Part shown: piece after piece, positions 1-7,955 of the stretch | Position numbering within the stretch: the first letter of the stretch is position 1 | Layout of the letters: every line of letters begins with the position of its first letter | Assembly (NCBI GenBank): GCA_963977445.1 | Contig: CAXBPH010000232.1 | Location: 1-11,136 of the forward strand | Direction: 5' to 3' | DNA: 11,136 nucleotides | Source: an uncultured bacterium | Lineage (GTDB): Bacteria > Hydrogenedentota > Hydrogenedentia > Hydrogenedentales > JAEUWI01 | Notes under the pieces: generated by a model | What the model was told of the DNA's origin: nothing | The model's database searches: none | The model's input: only the letters and a program-made list of their open reading frames with translations | Made by a program: the position numbers and the translations under genes

Positions 1-1
1 G

Positions 2-1066
2 GAGCCAGCAAAAGCACCGGCTCCTGCCCCCGCGGCCAAGGCGGCGGCTCCGGCCCCTGCCCCCGCCGCAAAAGCGTCGGCACCGGCAGCCGCCCCTGCG
101 AAAGCGACCGGTGGTCGTGTGTTGGCTTCCCCTTCCGTGCGCAAACTCGCGCGGAATCTGGGCGTCCAATTACAGGATGTGCCCACGTCGGATCCAAGTG
201 GTCGCGTAACGGCCCAGGACGTAGAGGCCTTCGCCTCCAATAGTGGCGCGACACCGCCAGCGCCCTCCCACGAAGCAGCGCCCGCAAGTGCACCAGGTAC
301 CACCCCGGTTCCCGTCCATGTTGGCGTGCCTGCGGTGACGGGCACGATGGACGACGATCGCTGGGGTAAAGTGGTCCGTGATGGCATGAGCGGCGTGCGC
401 AAGAAGACGGCCGCCCACATGACCCACTGCTGGACGACTATTCCTCACGTGACCCATTTCGACAAGGCCGATATTACTGCGCTGGAGCAGATCCGGAAAC
501 AATATGCGCCGGGCATTAAAGCCGAGGGCGGTAGCCTGACGGTGACGGTCTTCTTGATGAAGGTTATCACCGAGGCCCTTCGCCGCTTTCCGAAGTTCAA
601 TGCCAGCATTGATATGGAATCGGAAGAAGTCATCCTGAAGCAGTACTACAACATTGGTATCGCCGTGGAAACACCTGCGGGACTTATGGTCCCCGGTATC
701 CGCGATGTGGATAAGAAGAGCCTGCAGGAATTGGCACAGGAGCTTCCGCTCATTGCCAAGAAAGCGCGAGACCGCAAACTGACTCTCGACGACATGTCGG
801 GCACGACCTTTACCATCAGTAACCTGGGTGGTCTCGGCGGCACGGGCTTTACGCCCATCATTAATTCGCCCGAAGTCGCCATCCTGGGCGTATCACGGTC
901 GGCCGTGGAGGGCGTCTTTCAAAATGGTCAGCTCGCTGCCCGCACCATGCTGCCCCTGAGTCTCTCCTACGACCACCGCCTGATTGATGGTGCCGATGCG
1001 GCCCGTTTCATGCGCTGGGTGGCAGAAGCCCTGGAAAACCCCTGGAAACTGATCCTGGAAGCCTGA
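2..1066 (+). CDS. aceF: Dihydrolipoamide acetyltransferase (E2 of pyruvate dehydrogenase complex), 5'-truncated by the window edge
   Basis: The frame is open from nt 2 (EPAKAPAPAPAAKA... Ala/Pro linker), so the ORF-track start at 119 is internal. It has a peripheral subunit-binding domain (ASPSVRKLARNLGV...GRVTAQDV) and a catalytic domain with IPHVTHFD, FTISNLGG, FTPIINSPEVAILGV and the DHRLIDG active-site His. These motifs resemble E. coli-type AceF. lpdA follows directly. Confidence 0.92.
   Translation, partial: EPAKAPAPAPAAKAAAPAPAPAAKASAPAAAPAKATGGRVLASPSVRKLARNLGVQLQDVPTSDPSGRVTAQDVEAFASNSGATPPAPSHEAAPASAPGTTPVPVHVGVPAVTGTMDDDRWGKVVRDGMSGVRKKTAAHMTHCWTTIPHVTHFDKADITALEQIRKQYAPGIKAEGGSLTVTVFLMKVITEALRRFPKFNASIDMESEEVILKQYYNIGIAVETPAGLMVPGIRDVDKKSLQELAQELPLIAKKARDRKLTLDDMSGTTFTISNLGGLGGTGFTPIINSPEVAILGVSRSAVEGVFQNGQLAARTMLPLSLSYDHRLIDGADAARFMRWVAEALENPWKLILEA
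14..106 (+). repeat. Imperfect 33-nt tandem repeat encoding the Ala/Pro/Lys E2 linker
   Basis: APAPAPAAKA (14-43), APAPAPAAKA (47-76) and APAAAPAKA (80-106), with synonymous differences between copies. Confidence 0.8.
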
Positions 1067-1126
1067 TTGGCGACGGTGGGAATTGAACAGTCAACGAAAA
1101 CACCCCCTCGGGGAAGAGGATAACTT

Positions 1127-2545
1127 ATGAGTAATCAGAGCACGCAGGTTGCGGTGCTGGGCGGTGGTCCGGCTGGATACGCTGCCGCTTTCATGGCCGC
1201 CGATCTTGGGTTGGACGTCACCCTCATCGACGTGGAGAAGAACCCCGGCGGCACGTGCCTCTATCGCGGGTGCATCCCTTCCAAGGCGTTGCTCCATGTG
1301 GCCAAGGTCATCAATGAATCCCGTGAGGCGGCCCATTTTGGTCTTACCTACGCCGAGCCCGAGATTGATTTGGATCGGGTTCGTGCCGCCACGGCCGAAG
1401 TCGTCGCCCAGATGACGGGTGGCCTGGGCCAGTTGGTGAAGGCACGAAATATTAACTATCTCCAGGGTCGGGGCAACTTCGTTAATTCGAAGAATCTCGT
1501 CGTGACCCAGGCCGACGGCAAGCAGATAAAACTGAGCGCAGAATACACCATCATCGCCGCTGGCTCACGGCCTGCCCGTTTCGGTCCCCTTATCGAATCT
1601 GACCGCATCATGAATTCCACCGGTGCTCTGCTGCTTGAAGATATTCCCGAATCCCTCCTGCTGGTGGGTGGTGGTTACATCGGCCTGGAACTGGGCACGG
1701 TGTATGCCGCGCTCGGTTCGGAAGTAACCTGCGTGGAAATGATGCCCGGATTACTTCCCGGTGCGGATCGTGATCTGGTAAAGCCCCTTCAGGCGCGCCT
1801 GGAAGGTCAGTTTAAAGAGATCCTCTTGAACACCAAGATCGCCGAGATGAAAGAGCAAAAAGCCGGCATCAAAGTGGTCCTGGAAGGCGAAGGCATCAAG
1901 AAGCCCAACCGGGTCTTCGACAAGGTGCTTGTCAGCATCGGCCGCAAGCCCAACTCCAGCGGCCTGGGCCTGAAGAGCACCGGCGTGGTGGTAAATGACC
2001 GGGGCTTTATCGAAGTAGACAACCAGTGTCGTACCGCTGACCCCAATATTTTCGCTATCGGCGATATTGTGGGTGGGGCTATGCTGGCCCACAAGGGTTC
2101 GGCAGAAGGACGTGTCGCTGCGGAAGTTATCGCCGGACACAATGCGGCCTTTGAACCCCAGGCCATCCCCTGCGTGGTCTTTACCGACCCCGAAGTGGCC
2201 TGGTGTGGTATGACCGAAGAAGATGCCAAGAAAGAAGGCCGCGCCGTTAACGTGGCCCGCTTCCCCTGGGCAGCATCCGGTCGCGCCACCACCATCAATC
2301 GCACCGAAGGTATGACAAAGATTATTTCCGACCCCGAGACCGAGCAACTGCTGGGTATGGGCATTGTCGGTTCCGGTGCGGGTGAGTTGATTGCGGAAGG
2401 TACCCTCGCTATCGAGATGGGTGCCTTGGTCAGCGATCTCGACCTGACCATTCACGCACACCCAACCTTGAGTGAGACCGTCATGGAAGCCGCTGCCTCT
2501 GTCTTCGGCACGGCAACCCACATCTATCGGCCCAAGAAAAAATAA
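1127..2545 (+). CDS. lpdA: Dihydrolipoamide dehydrogenase (E3)
   Basis: FAD-binding GGGPAGY, redox disulfide GGTCLYRGCIPSK, NAD-binding GGGYIGLE, AIGD and C-terminal HAHPTLSE. SD-like GAGGA lies just upstream of the ATG. Confidence 0.97.
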   Translation: MSNQSTQVAVLGGGPAGYAAAFMAADLGLDVTLIDVEKNPGGTCLYRGCIPSKALLHVAKVINESREAAHFGLTYAEPEIDLDRVRAATAEVVAQMTGGLGQLVKARNINYLQGRGNFVNSKNLVVTQADGKQIKLSAEYTIIAAGSRPARFGPLIESDRIMNSTGALLLEDIPESLLLVGGGYIGLELGTVYAALGSEVTCVEMMPGLLPGADRDLVKPLQARLEGQFKEILLNTKIAEMKEQKAGIKVVLEGEGIKKPNRVFDKVLVSIGRKPNSSGLGLKSTGVVVNDRGFIEVDNQCRTADPNIFAIGDIVGGAMLAHKGSAEGRVAAEVIAGHNAAFEPQAIPCVVFTDPEVAWCGMTEEDAKKEGRAVNVARFPWAASGRATTINRTEGMTKIISDPETEQLLGMGIVGSGAGELIAEGTLAIEMGALVSDLDLTIHAHPTLSETVMEAAASVFGTATHIYRPKKK

Positions 2546-2565
2546 GCGAAGAACTAAACTATTCC

Positions 2566-2605
2566 CGGGCAGTCTGCGGTATCGACCGTGACTGCCCGTT
2601 TTTTT
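2566..2605 (+). terminator. Rho-independent terminator of the aceF-lpdA transcript
   Basis: CGGGCAGTC (2566-2574) pairs with GACTGCCCG (2590-2598). The inner stem is GCGGT/ACCGT with an ATCG loop. It is followed by T7 (2599-2605) and then GTTTT, starting 20 nt after the lpdA stop. Confidence 0.92.
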
Positions 2606-2668
2606 GTTTTGGGGGTTTTCAGCAAAAAGGACGGCACGTACGGCGTCCCATAGAATCAGGAATCGACC

Positions 2669-3799
2669 ATGACCAATCTACGACGTCTTCCGCTGTTTCT
2701 TATTGCCCTGCTGGCCCTCGCAGCCAATGGACGAGCAAAAGAAGACGGCACCGCTCAAGCGACCGGCTCCAAGGGGATCACGGTTGCCGTGATTACCCAT
2801 GCCGGTGGCGCACACCTTGGTGCCTATTTCAATGCGCTCGCTGAGACGGAGGAAGCTACCGCGGTCGTCCTGGCCGACCCCGATGGCACGGCGGAAAAAG
2901 AAGGTCGGGCTGCGCTGGGCGATAAGCTCACCGCCGTCTACACGGATTGGACGGCCCTGTACGCCAAAGAAAAACCGACGATGGCGCTCATCTCGATGGA
3001 GGCGCGACTGGCACCGGAAGCAATTGCGGCAGCCCTGAAGGCGGGGTGTCACGTCCTGGCTGAAAAGCCGGCCTGTGTGCGCGTCGAAGACTTCGAGCCA
3101 CTCGTCACACAAGCCGAGAGCACCGGGCGCTATCTCATGCTCGCCCTTGCCAACAGGCTCAATCCTGAAATTCAAAAAGCCAAGGCTCTTATTGCCGAAG
3201 GAGCCCTGGGCGATCTTTACAACGTCCAGATGAATCTTATCCAGGATCAGACCCGGTTGGCTTCCACAGGCTACCAATCTTCATGGCTTGCCGATAAGTC
3301 CCGTGCCGGCGGGGGCCACCTTTCCTGGTTGGGCATCCACTGGCTCGATCTTGCCATGTATCTGACGGACGCACCAATCACGCACGTAGCGGGTTTCGCG
3401 GGCAACGTGGGGGGAGAGCCCATAGGTATAGAAGACTCCGTCGCCCTGTCCGTGCAATTTGGGAACGGTACCTTCGGCACAATGAGCTCGGGCTACTACC
3501 TCAACACCGGCTCACAATCACTACTCAAGATCTGGGGATCCAAAGGGTGGCTGCAGATTGATTCCGATGCTCGGCGGCGTGTTCGCTGGCATAGCACCGC
3601 TTCGGGTGCACCCCTGACCGAGGTCTACAATGGAGAGGAGTCCCACGTTGCTTACACGGCTTGGGTCCGGGCTTGTGTTCGGGCAAGTGCCGGTCTCGCG
3701 GCACCACCGATTACGGCGGTAGAGAGTCTGCGTGTGCTGAAGGTGGTTTTCGGGACCTACGATGCCGCAGCGAAAGGTATAACCATCAAAGTGAACTAA
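2669..3799 (+). CDS. Gfo/Idh/MocA family NAD(P)-dependent oxidoreductase with N-terminal signal peptide
   Basis: Family motifs AALKAGCHVLAEKP, ANRLNP, W..DKSRAGGG.L..LGIHWLD and IED.VALSVQFGNG. The N-terminus MTNLRRLPLFLIALLALAANGRA looks like a signal peptide. AGGA lies 7 nt before the ATG. Confidence 0.88.
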   Translation: MTNLRRLPLFLIALLALAANGRAKEDGTAQATGSKGITVAVITHAGGAHLGAYFNALAETEEATAVVLADPDGTAEKEGRAALGDKLTAVYTDWTALYAKEKPTMALISMEARLAPEAIAAALKAGCHVLAEKPACVRVEDFEPLVTQAESTGRYLMLALANRLNPEIQKAKALIAEGALGDLYNVQMNLIQDQTRLASTGYQSSWLADKSRAGGGHLSWLGIHWLDLAMYLTDAPITHVAGFAGNVGGEPIGIEDSVALSVQFGNGTFGTMSSGYYLNTGSQSLLKIWGSKGWLQIDSDARRRVRWHSTASGAPLTEVYNGEESHVAYTAWVRACVRASAGLAAPPITAVESLRVLKVVFGTYDAAAKGITIKVN

Positions 3800-3827
3800 G
3801 GACATGTAGCGGGGTTGGGCGGAACGC

Positions 3828-4067
3828 TTAGGCGTCTTCCAGCATCGTTTCGGTGCTGTCAAGGATATCGACGGCCGCCTGAGCATTCCCCTGATGTACC
3901 CGGAGGCGCGCCCCGGATGCAATATTCAGGTTGGGTTCAAAGCCGCCGCAATCGTCCTGAGAAATGATGGCGGGAATGCCGTAGGCTTCCAGCGTCGTCC
4001 GTGCTATTTCGGCGAGCATGGCGTTGGGAAACTGGCGAAGCGTAATAATGCTGTCTGCGTCCGTCAT
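3828..4067 (-). CDS. DUF2007-family small protein (putative signal-transducing protein)
   Basis: 79 aa with the typical pattern AEIARTTLEAYGIPA...D...G...G.RLRV......A..IL. Good SD (GGGAG) upstream on the - strand. Confidence 0.82.
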   Translation of the reverse strand: MTDADSIITLRQFPNAMLAEIARTTLEAYGIPAIISQDDCGGFEPNLNIASGARLRVHQGNAQAAVDILDSTETMLEDA

Positions 4068-4114
4068 GGTTCACTCCCTGGTGAAATTCTGGTGTCTTGT
4101 GTTTCTCGTGCATT

Positions 4115-4123
4115 ATTGTACCA
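4115..4123 (-). promoter_or_regulatory. Possible extended -10 promoter for the DUF2007 gene
   Basis: The - strand reads TGGTACAAT (TGn + TACAAT) about 50 nt upstream of the ATG. There is no convincing -35 (CCAACA at 17 bp). Confidence 0.4.
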
Positions 4124-4189
4124 GAACGATGCGCAGGTGTTGGGATGCATCCTCGGGCACGGGTGCGACGGGAATTAGGATGATGGACG

Positions 4190-7100
4190 TTACTTTCGTC
4201 GCATTTGCCAGAATTTTTGTTTATACGCCTCGACCCGCTCGCTGAGGGGCACGTCCGTATTTTCTCCGTAGACGGAGGGGTCCCAGGGGAAGGCGGGCCA
4301 CACAAAGGCCTCAATACCCCGTCTGCCCGTAACGATATCGCCGTTGCCCGGGCGCATGGCGCTCACCCAGCCTTGGATTTGTAGCACTTCACGGAATGTG
4401 GACATGTCCCATATGATCGTGGCTTCGTCACTGCCCGAAGACACGATTCGTCGTCCGTCTTCACTGAACTGGAGGGTGTAGATGCCCTGCGTGTGCCCAG
4501 CGAGCGTGTGCATTCTCTGCCAGTTGCTCGTGCTCCAGAGGTTGATCTTCCAGTCATGGCCGCCGGTGGCAAGCCAACGTCCATCGGGGGAGAAGGCCAC
4601 CGATGGGACGCGCGCCTGGTGTTCGGTAATCGTCTTAACGCAGGTATAGTTCGTGGCATCCAACACGTGGGCCGATTCATCGGCGCTGCCGGAAGCGAGC
4701 CAGCGACCATTGGGGCTATAGACGAGGCCCAGGATCTCCCGCTCATGTTCCTGCCAGTCTTTCGCAATGGTTCCATCGTGCCAATTTACAATAACGATAT
4801 GGCCGTTGCGGAGTCCGGCAGCCAGCATGCCGGGCTTATTGGGGACGAATGCGGCAACATTCACGCCCGTCTCAAACGGTCCCAGGACGGCCTGTGTGGT
4901 ATGGGAATTCCGGTTCCAGACCCGTATTGTCCTGTCATGACTCGATGTGGCGTACACGGGTTCCGTCGGGTGAAAGGTTGTCTGACGCACCGAGGCCGTA
5001 TGCCCTTCGAGCACCTTGATAAGGGCACCCGAATTTACATCCCAAATACGCGCCGTCATGTCATCGGACGTTTTCCAATCGCCCGCCGAGGTGGCGATGA
5101 GTGCGCCATCTGGACTGTAGGCAACCTGGTTTATGACGCCGGTGTGGCCGGGCAAAGCCCACATATCCGTGGACTTACCGGGGAAGATGGTATCCCATTG
5201 TTTTACCAGTCCCTCATCATCCCCCGATACCAGCATCCGTCCATCGGTGCCGTAGGCGAGGGCATATACCTGCTTCTGGTGACCGCGATATACCCGCTGG
5301 GCCGACCAGGTTTGCGTATCCCACAGTCGGACCGTCAGGTCCGAGCCACCACTCGCCAGCGACAGGCCATCGGGGCTGTAGGCCAGCGCCCAGACAGCGG
5401 TGCCGTCGTGCGCCGTAATTACATTGGAAATTGCACCCGTGGTCGTGTTCCAGACCCTCAGGGTCCCGTCGCGACTGGCGCTGGCCAATTGACGGCCATC
5501 GGGGCTATAGGCGAGAGCCGTGATGCGCCCCTCATGGCCCGACAGTCGAAGCTGAACACTGCCCGTCTCGGTGTCACGAATGGTCACAATGGGATTGCGA
5601 TCACAACTGGCGTAGTGGGTGCCGTCCGGGCTGAAGGTGAGGGCTTCAATACCCCGATCGTCGGGCGCAATGACGTAGCGCTCGTTTCGCGTGGGATATT
5701 CCCACAGACGGATGTATCCTTTATCGTCTCCGGTAATGAAAAGGGAGCCATCGGCGTTGAACTGAATGCAGTTGACGTCATCCTCCGCAATCTTCCAGGT
5801 GTCTTCTATTTCGTGGGTTTCGTAGTTATAGAAACTCACATAGCCTGTTTCTTCCGCACAGGCGATGACAGGAAGGGTTGGGTGGGGCGAGATTTCAATG
5901 ACGGCGCCATAGGGACTGGTATAGGTGTCTTCAAGTGTGCCGTTTTGGGTGGACCAGAAGCGCGCCGTCTTGTCGAAGCCCGCGCTGATCATATATAGAT
6001 TGTCCACCGTATATTCGAGAGACCAGACTGTTTCCGGCTGATGGGCCCGGAAGGTCCGCTGGTCCTGATTACACAGGTAGAGCAGATAGCCCCATTCCCA
6101 ATGGCGATAGCGCCCGGGGCACTTATCCAACTGGTCCATCGCTTTTTCATAGCGCCCATCAACAATATACTTGCGCGCGCTGGATATGGCTGCGAAGTAA
6201 AACTCTTGCTCTGCTTTGCTCTGAGCAGCAAGGGCCCCTTGTTCGGCCTCCAGGGCCCGAAACGATTCGGCTACCGCCCTGTCCCGTTCCGTCTGAATTT
6301 GCTGATAACTCAGGTAGATGGTCAGGAAGAAGGCCGCCATTCCGATAGCACCGACAATTAGCGGGGCCTTGAAGCTCCGTACGAAATGAACAAACAATTC
6401 GCGAAGGCTGTATTGGTAGGCACCTACCAGCCGACCCGAAAGAAAGCGCTCCACATCTGTAGAAAGTTCTTTTGCGGTTTGATAGCGGGATTCCTGATTG
6501 CGATCCATGGCATGGTTGCAGATTGCCATGAGCTGATCGGGGGCAGAGGGAATTGCAGTGCTGAGCGATGGGGGCGGCCCGGCGAGCAACTTTGACAGCG
6601 CCGCCGCAGGGGTCTTGTCTGGATAGGGGGCGGCTCCCGTCAGGAGTTCATAAAGCACCGCACCCAGCGAGTACACATCAGAGCGCTCATTGACATCATC
6701 TACATTGCCGGAGGCCTGTTCCGGTGGCATATAGGCGGGCGTGCCCAACATATCCACATGGGCGTCGCGCAGCGCATCTATTTCCGTTGAACCCACCGCC
6801 GAGTCCCGTGTTGACTTGGCCAGCCCCCAGTCGATGACTACCGTTTCACCAAAGTCCCCCAGCATGACGTTGCCCGGCTTTATGTCCCGGTGAATGACGG
6901 ACCGGCTATGGGCGTAGGCGATTGCCTGACAAAGGTCGATGAAATGGGGCAGGAGCGCCAAACGGGCTTCCAGAGAATCCGCCTTCCGAATCGCATCTCT
7001 CAAACTACGGCCTTTAACCAGCCGCATGGTGTAATAAAGCTTTCCGTCTTCCCGTCGTCCCAATTCATAGACCGGTACGATGGACGGATGCTCCAATTGA

Positions 7101-7645
7101 GCGGTAATTCGGGCTTCATAGAGGAAGCGTGCACGCTGTTGTTGGGTTTCGTGGTCGGGTGTCGTGACCCGCGCGTCCAATGTAGACCCGTCATTAAAAT
7201 TCAGATGGGCCGGGAGCAGTTCCTTAAGCGCAATGCGACGGGTGAGGAATTTATCGTAGACCATGAGAACGCGGCCCATGCCACCCCGGGCGTGTTCCTT
7301 GGCATATTCATAGCGCCCCGGCACCTCGGCTGAAATGCGCACCATGTCCCCCGGCGCGTCCGGAGAATCCGGGTCTATGAAGTGTATTGTGGATGTGCCC
7401 CCGCCGGCCATATTTTCGGCGACCATAAAATCTGACAGAGCGCCCACCACATGGGCGAGGTCCCAGTCTCCCTGTTGGAGGAGGGACAGGGTGCGGTCGC
7501 GTAACAGAACCAGTTGTTCACGGCCGCATTGATCGGTGAGCAGGGGACCAACATCCTCCGGCGCGTTCAGTGGAAGGTCGCCGGTGGGAATGAGGCCTAC
7601 ATGGAGCGCCGCAAGTCCGATTAGAATGTCTATGTCCGCACTCAT
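4190..7645 (-). CDS. Membrane-anchored Hanks-type Ser/Thr protein kinase with 14 WD40 repeats
   Basis: Kinase domain at aa ~111-402: ARGGMGRV, IALKEL, RFLYEARITAQLEHPSIVPVY, HRDIKPGN, DWGLAK, GTPAYMPPEQ, SDVYSLG. A hydrophobic helix at aa ~427-447 is followed by a helical linker and then WD40 repeats at aa ~530-1117. Confidence 0.93.
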   Translation of the reverse strand: MSADIDILIGLAALHVGLIPTGDLPLNAPEDVGPLLTDQCGREQLVLLRDRTLSLLQQGDWDLAHVVGALSDFMVAENMAGGGTSTIHFIDPDSPDAPGDMVRISAEVPGRYEYAKEHARGGMGRVLMVYDKFLTRRIALKELLPAHLNFNDGSTLDARVTTPDHETQQQRARFLYEARITAQLEHPSIVPVYELGRREDGKLYYTMRLVKGRSLRDAIRKADSLEARLALLPHFIDLCQAIAYAHSRSVIHRDIKPGNVMLGDFGETVVIDWGLAKSTRDSAVGSTEIDALRDAHVDMLGTPAYMPPEQASGNVDDVNERSDVYSLGAVLYELLTGAAPYPDKTPAAALSKLLAGPPPSLSTAIPSAPDQLMAICNHAMDRNQESRYQTAKELSTDVERFLSGRLVGAYQYSLRELFVHFVRSFKAPLIVGAIGMAAFFLTIYLSYQQIQTERDRAVAESFRALEAEQGALAAQSKAEQEFYFAAISSARKYIVDGRYEKAMDQLDKCPGRYRHWEWGYLLYLCNQDQRTFRAHQPETVWSLEYTVDNLYMISAGFDKTARFWSTQNGTLEDTYTSPYGAVIEISPHPTLPVIACAEETGYVSFYNYETHEIEDTWKIAEDDVNCIQFNADGSLFITGDDKGYIRLWEYPTRNERYVIAPDDRGIEALTFSPDGTHYASCDRNPIVTIRDTETGSVQLRLSGHEGRITALAYSPDGRQLASASRDGTLRVWNTTTGAISNVITAHDGTAVWALAYSPDGLSLASGGSDLTVRLWDTQTWSAQRVYRGHQKQVYALAYGTDGRMLVSGDDEGLVKQWDTIFPGKSTDMWALPGHTGVINQVAYSPDGALIATSAGDWKTSDDMTARIWDVNSGALIKVLEGHTASVRQTTFHPTEPVYATSSHDRTIRVWNRNSHTTQAVLGPFETGVNVAAFVPNKPGMLAAGLRNGHIVIVNWHDGTIAKDWQEHEREILGLVYSPNGRWLASGSADESAHVLDATNYTCVKTITEHQARVPSVAFSPDGRWLATGGHDWKINLWSTSNWQRMHTLAGHTQGIYTLQFSEDGRRIVSSGSDEATIIWDMSTFREVLQIQGWVSAMRPGNGDIVTGRRGIEAFVWPAFPWDPSVYGENTDVPLSERVEAYKQKFWQMRRK
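4295..6058 (-). repeat. WD40 repeat array, 14 units (probably two 7-bladed beta-propellers)
   Basis: Recurrent GH...V..LAYSPDG..LASGS.D.T.R.WD units of about 42 aa. I counted 14 by eye; units 2-4, 10 and 14 are degenerate. Confidence 0.85.
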
Positions 7646-7910
7646 CTGCAGGTGTTCCCAATACAGGAAAAGGGGGAGGACGCTAACGTGAGAAACTGTC
7701 GAGCACCGTCACCCCAAGCGACGCATCAGTTCCAAAGTGGCACAGTCCTTGGCAGAACTGTTTTTCCCATACTGCATATAACGCAAATAGGGCACACCCA
7801 GCATACGAAATGGAGGGGTCCGATGCAACATCTTGTTTTAATTGAATTCGTCTGCGGGGTGATTTTGCGGCGTGCCCTGCATTTCCGAATGTACCCACTA
7901 CAGGGCGCAG

Positions 7911-7946
7911 GTCACCCGTTTTGAGCCCTCCCGTCACCCGTTTTGA
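7911..7946. repeat. Perfect 14-bp direct repeat, 22-bp period
   Basis: GTCACCCGTTTTGA at 7911-7924 and 7933-7946. Confidence 0.9.
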
Positions 7947-7955
7947 AAGAGAAGT

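Noticed and set aside
119..121. ORF-track start for E2
   Set aside because: The frame is open to the window edge through the Ala/Pro linker, so the lipoyl domain(s) and true start must lie upstream.
1103..1113. CCCC-CTC-GGGG mini-hairpin before the lpdA SD
   Set aside because: A 4-bp stem is expected by chance in GC-rich DNA.
2628..2656. TAGAAT -10-like hexamer before the oxidoreductase
   Set aside because: There is no credible -35 or extended TG, and the implied start would cut off the SD. Not supportable.
3800..3840. Possible bidirectional terminator between the convergent oxidoreductase and DUF2007 genes
   Set aside because: Only a weak interrupted hairpin is present, with no U-tract on either strand.
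4493..5998. 501-aa ORF on the + strand opposite the WD40 region
   Set aside because: It is an antisense shadow of the kinase gene, with no recognisable motifs. Long stop-free antisense frames are common in GC-rich coding DNA.
7911..7946. Direct repeat as a CRISPR remnant or plasmid iteron
   Set aside because: There are only two 14-bp copies with an 8-bp gap, and no cas or rep gene in the window.
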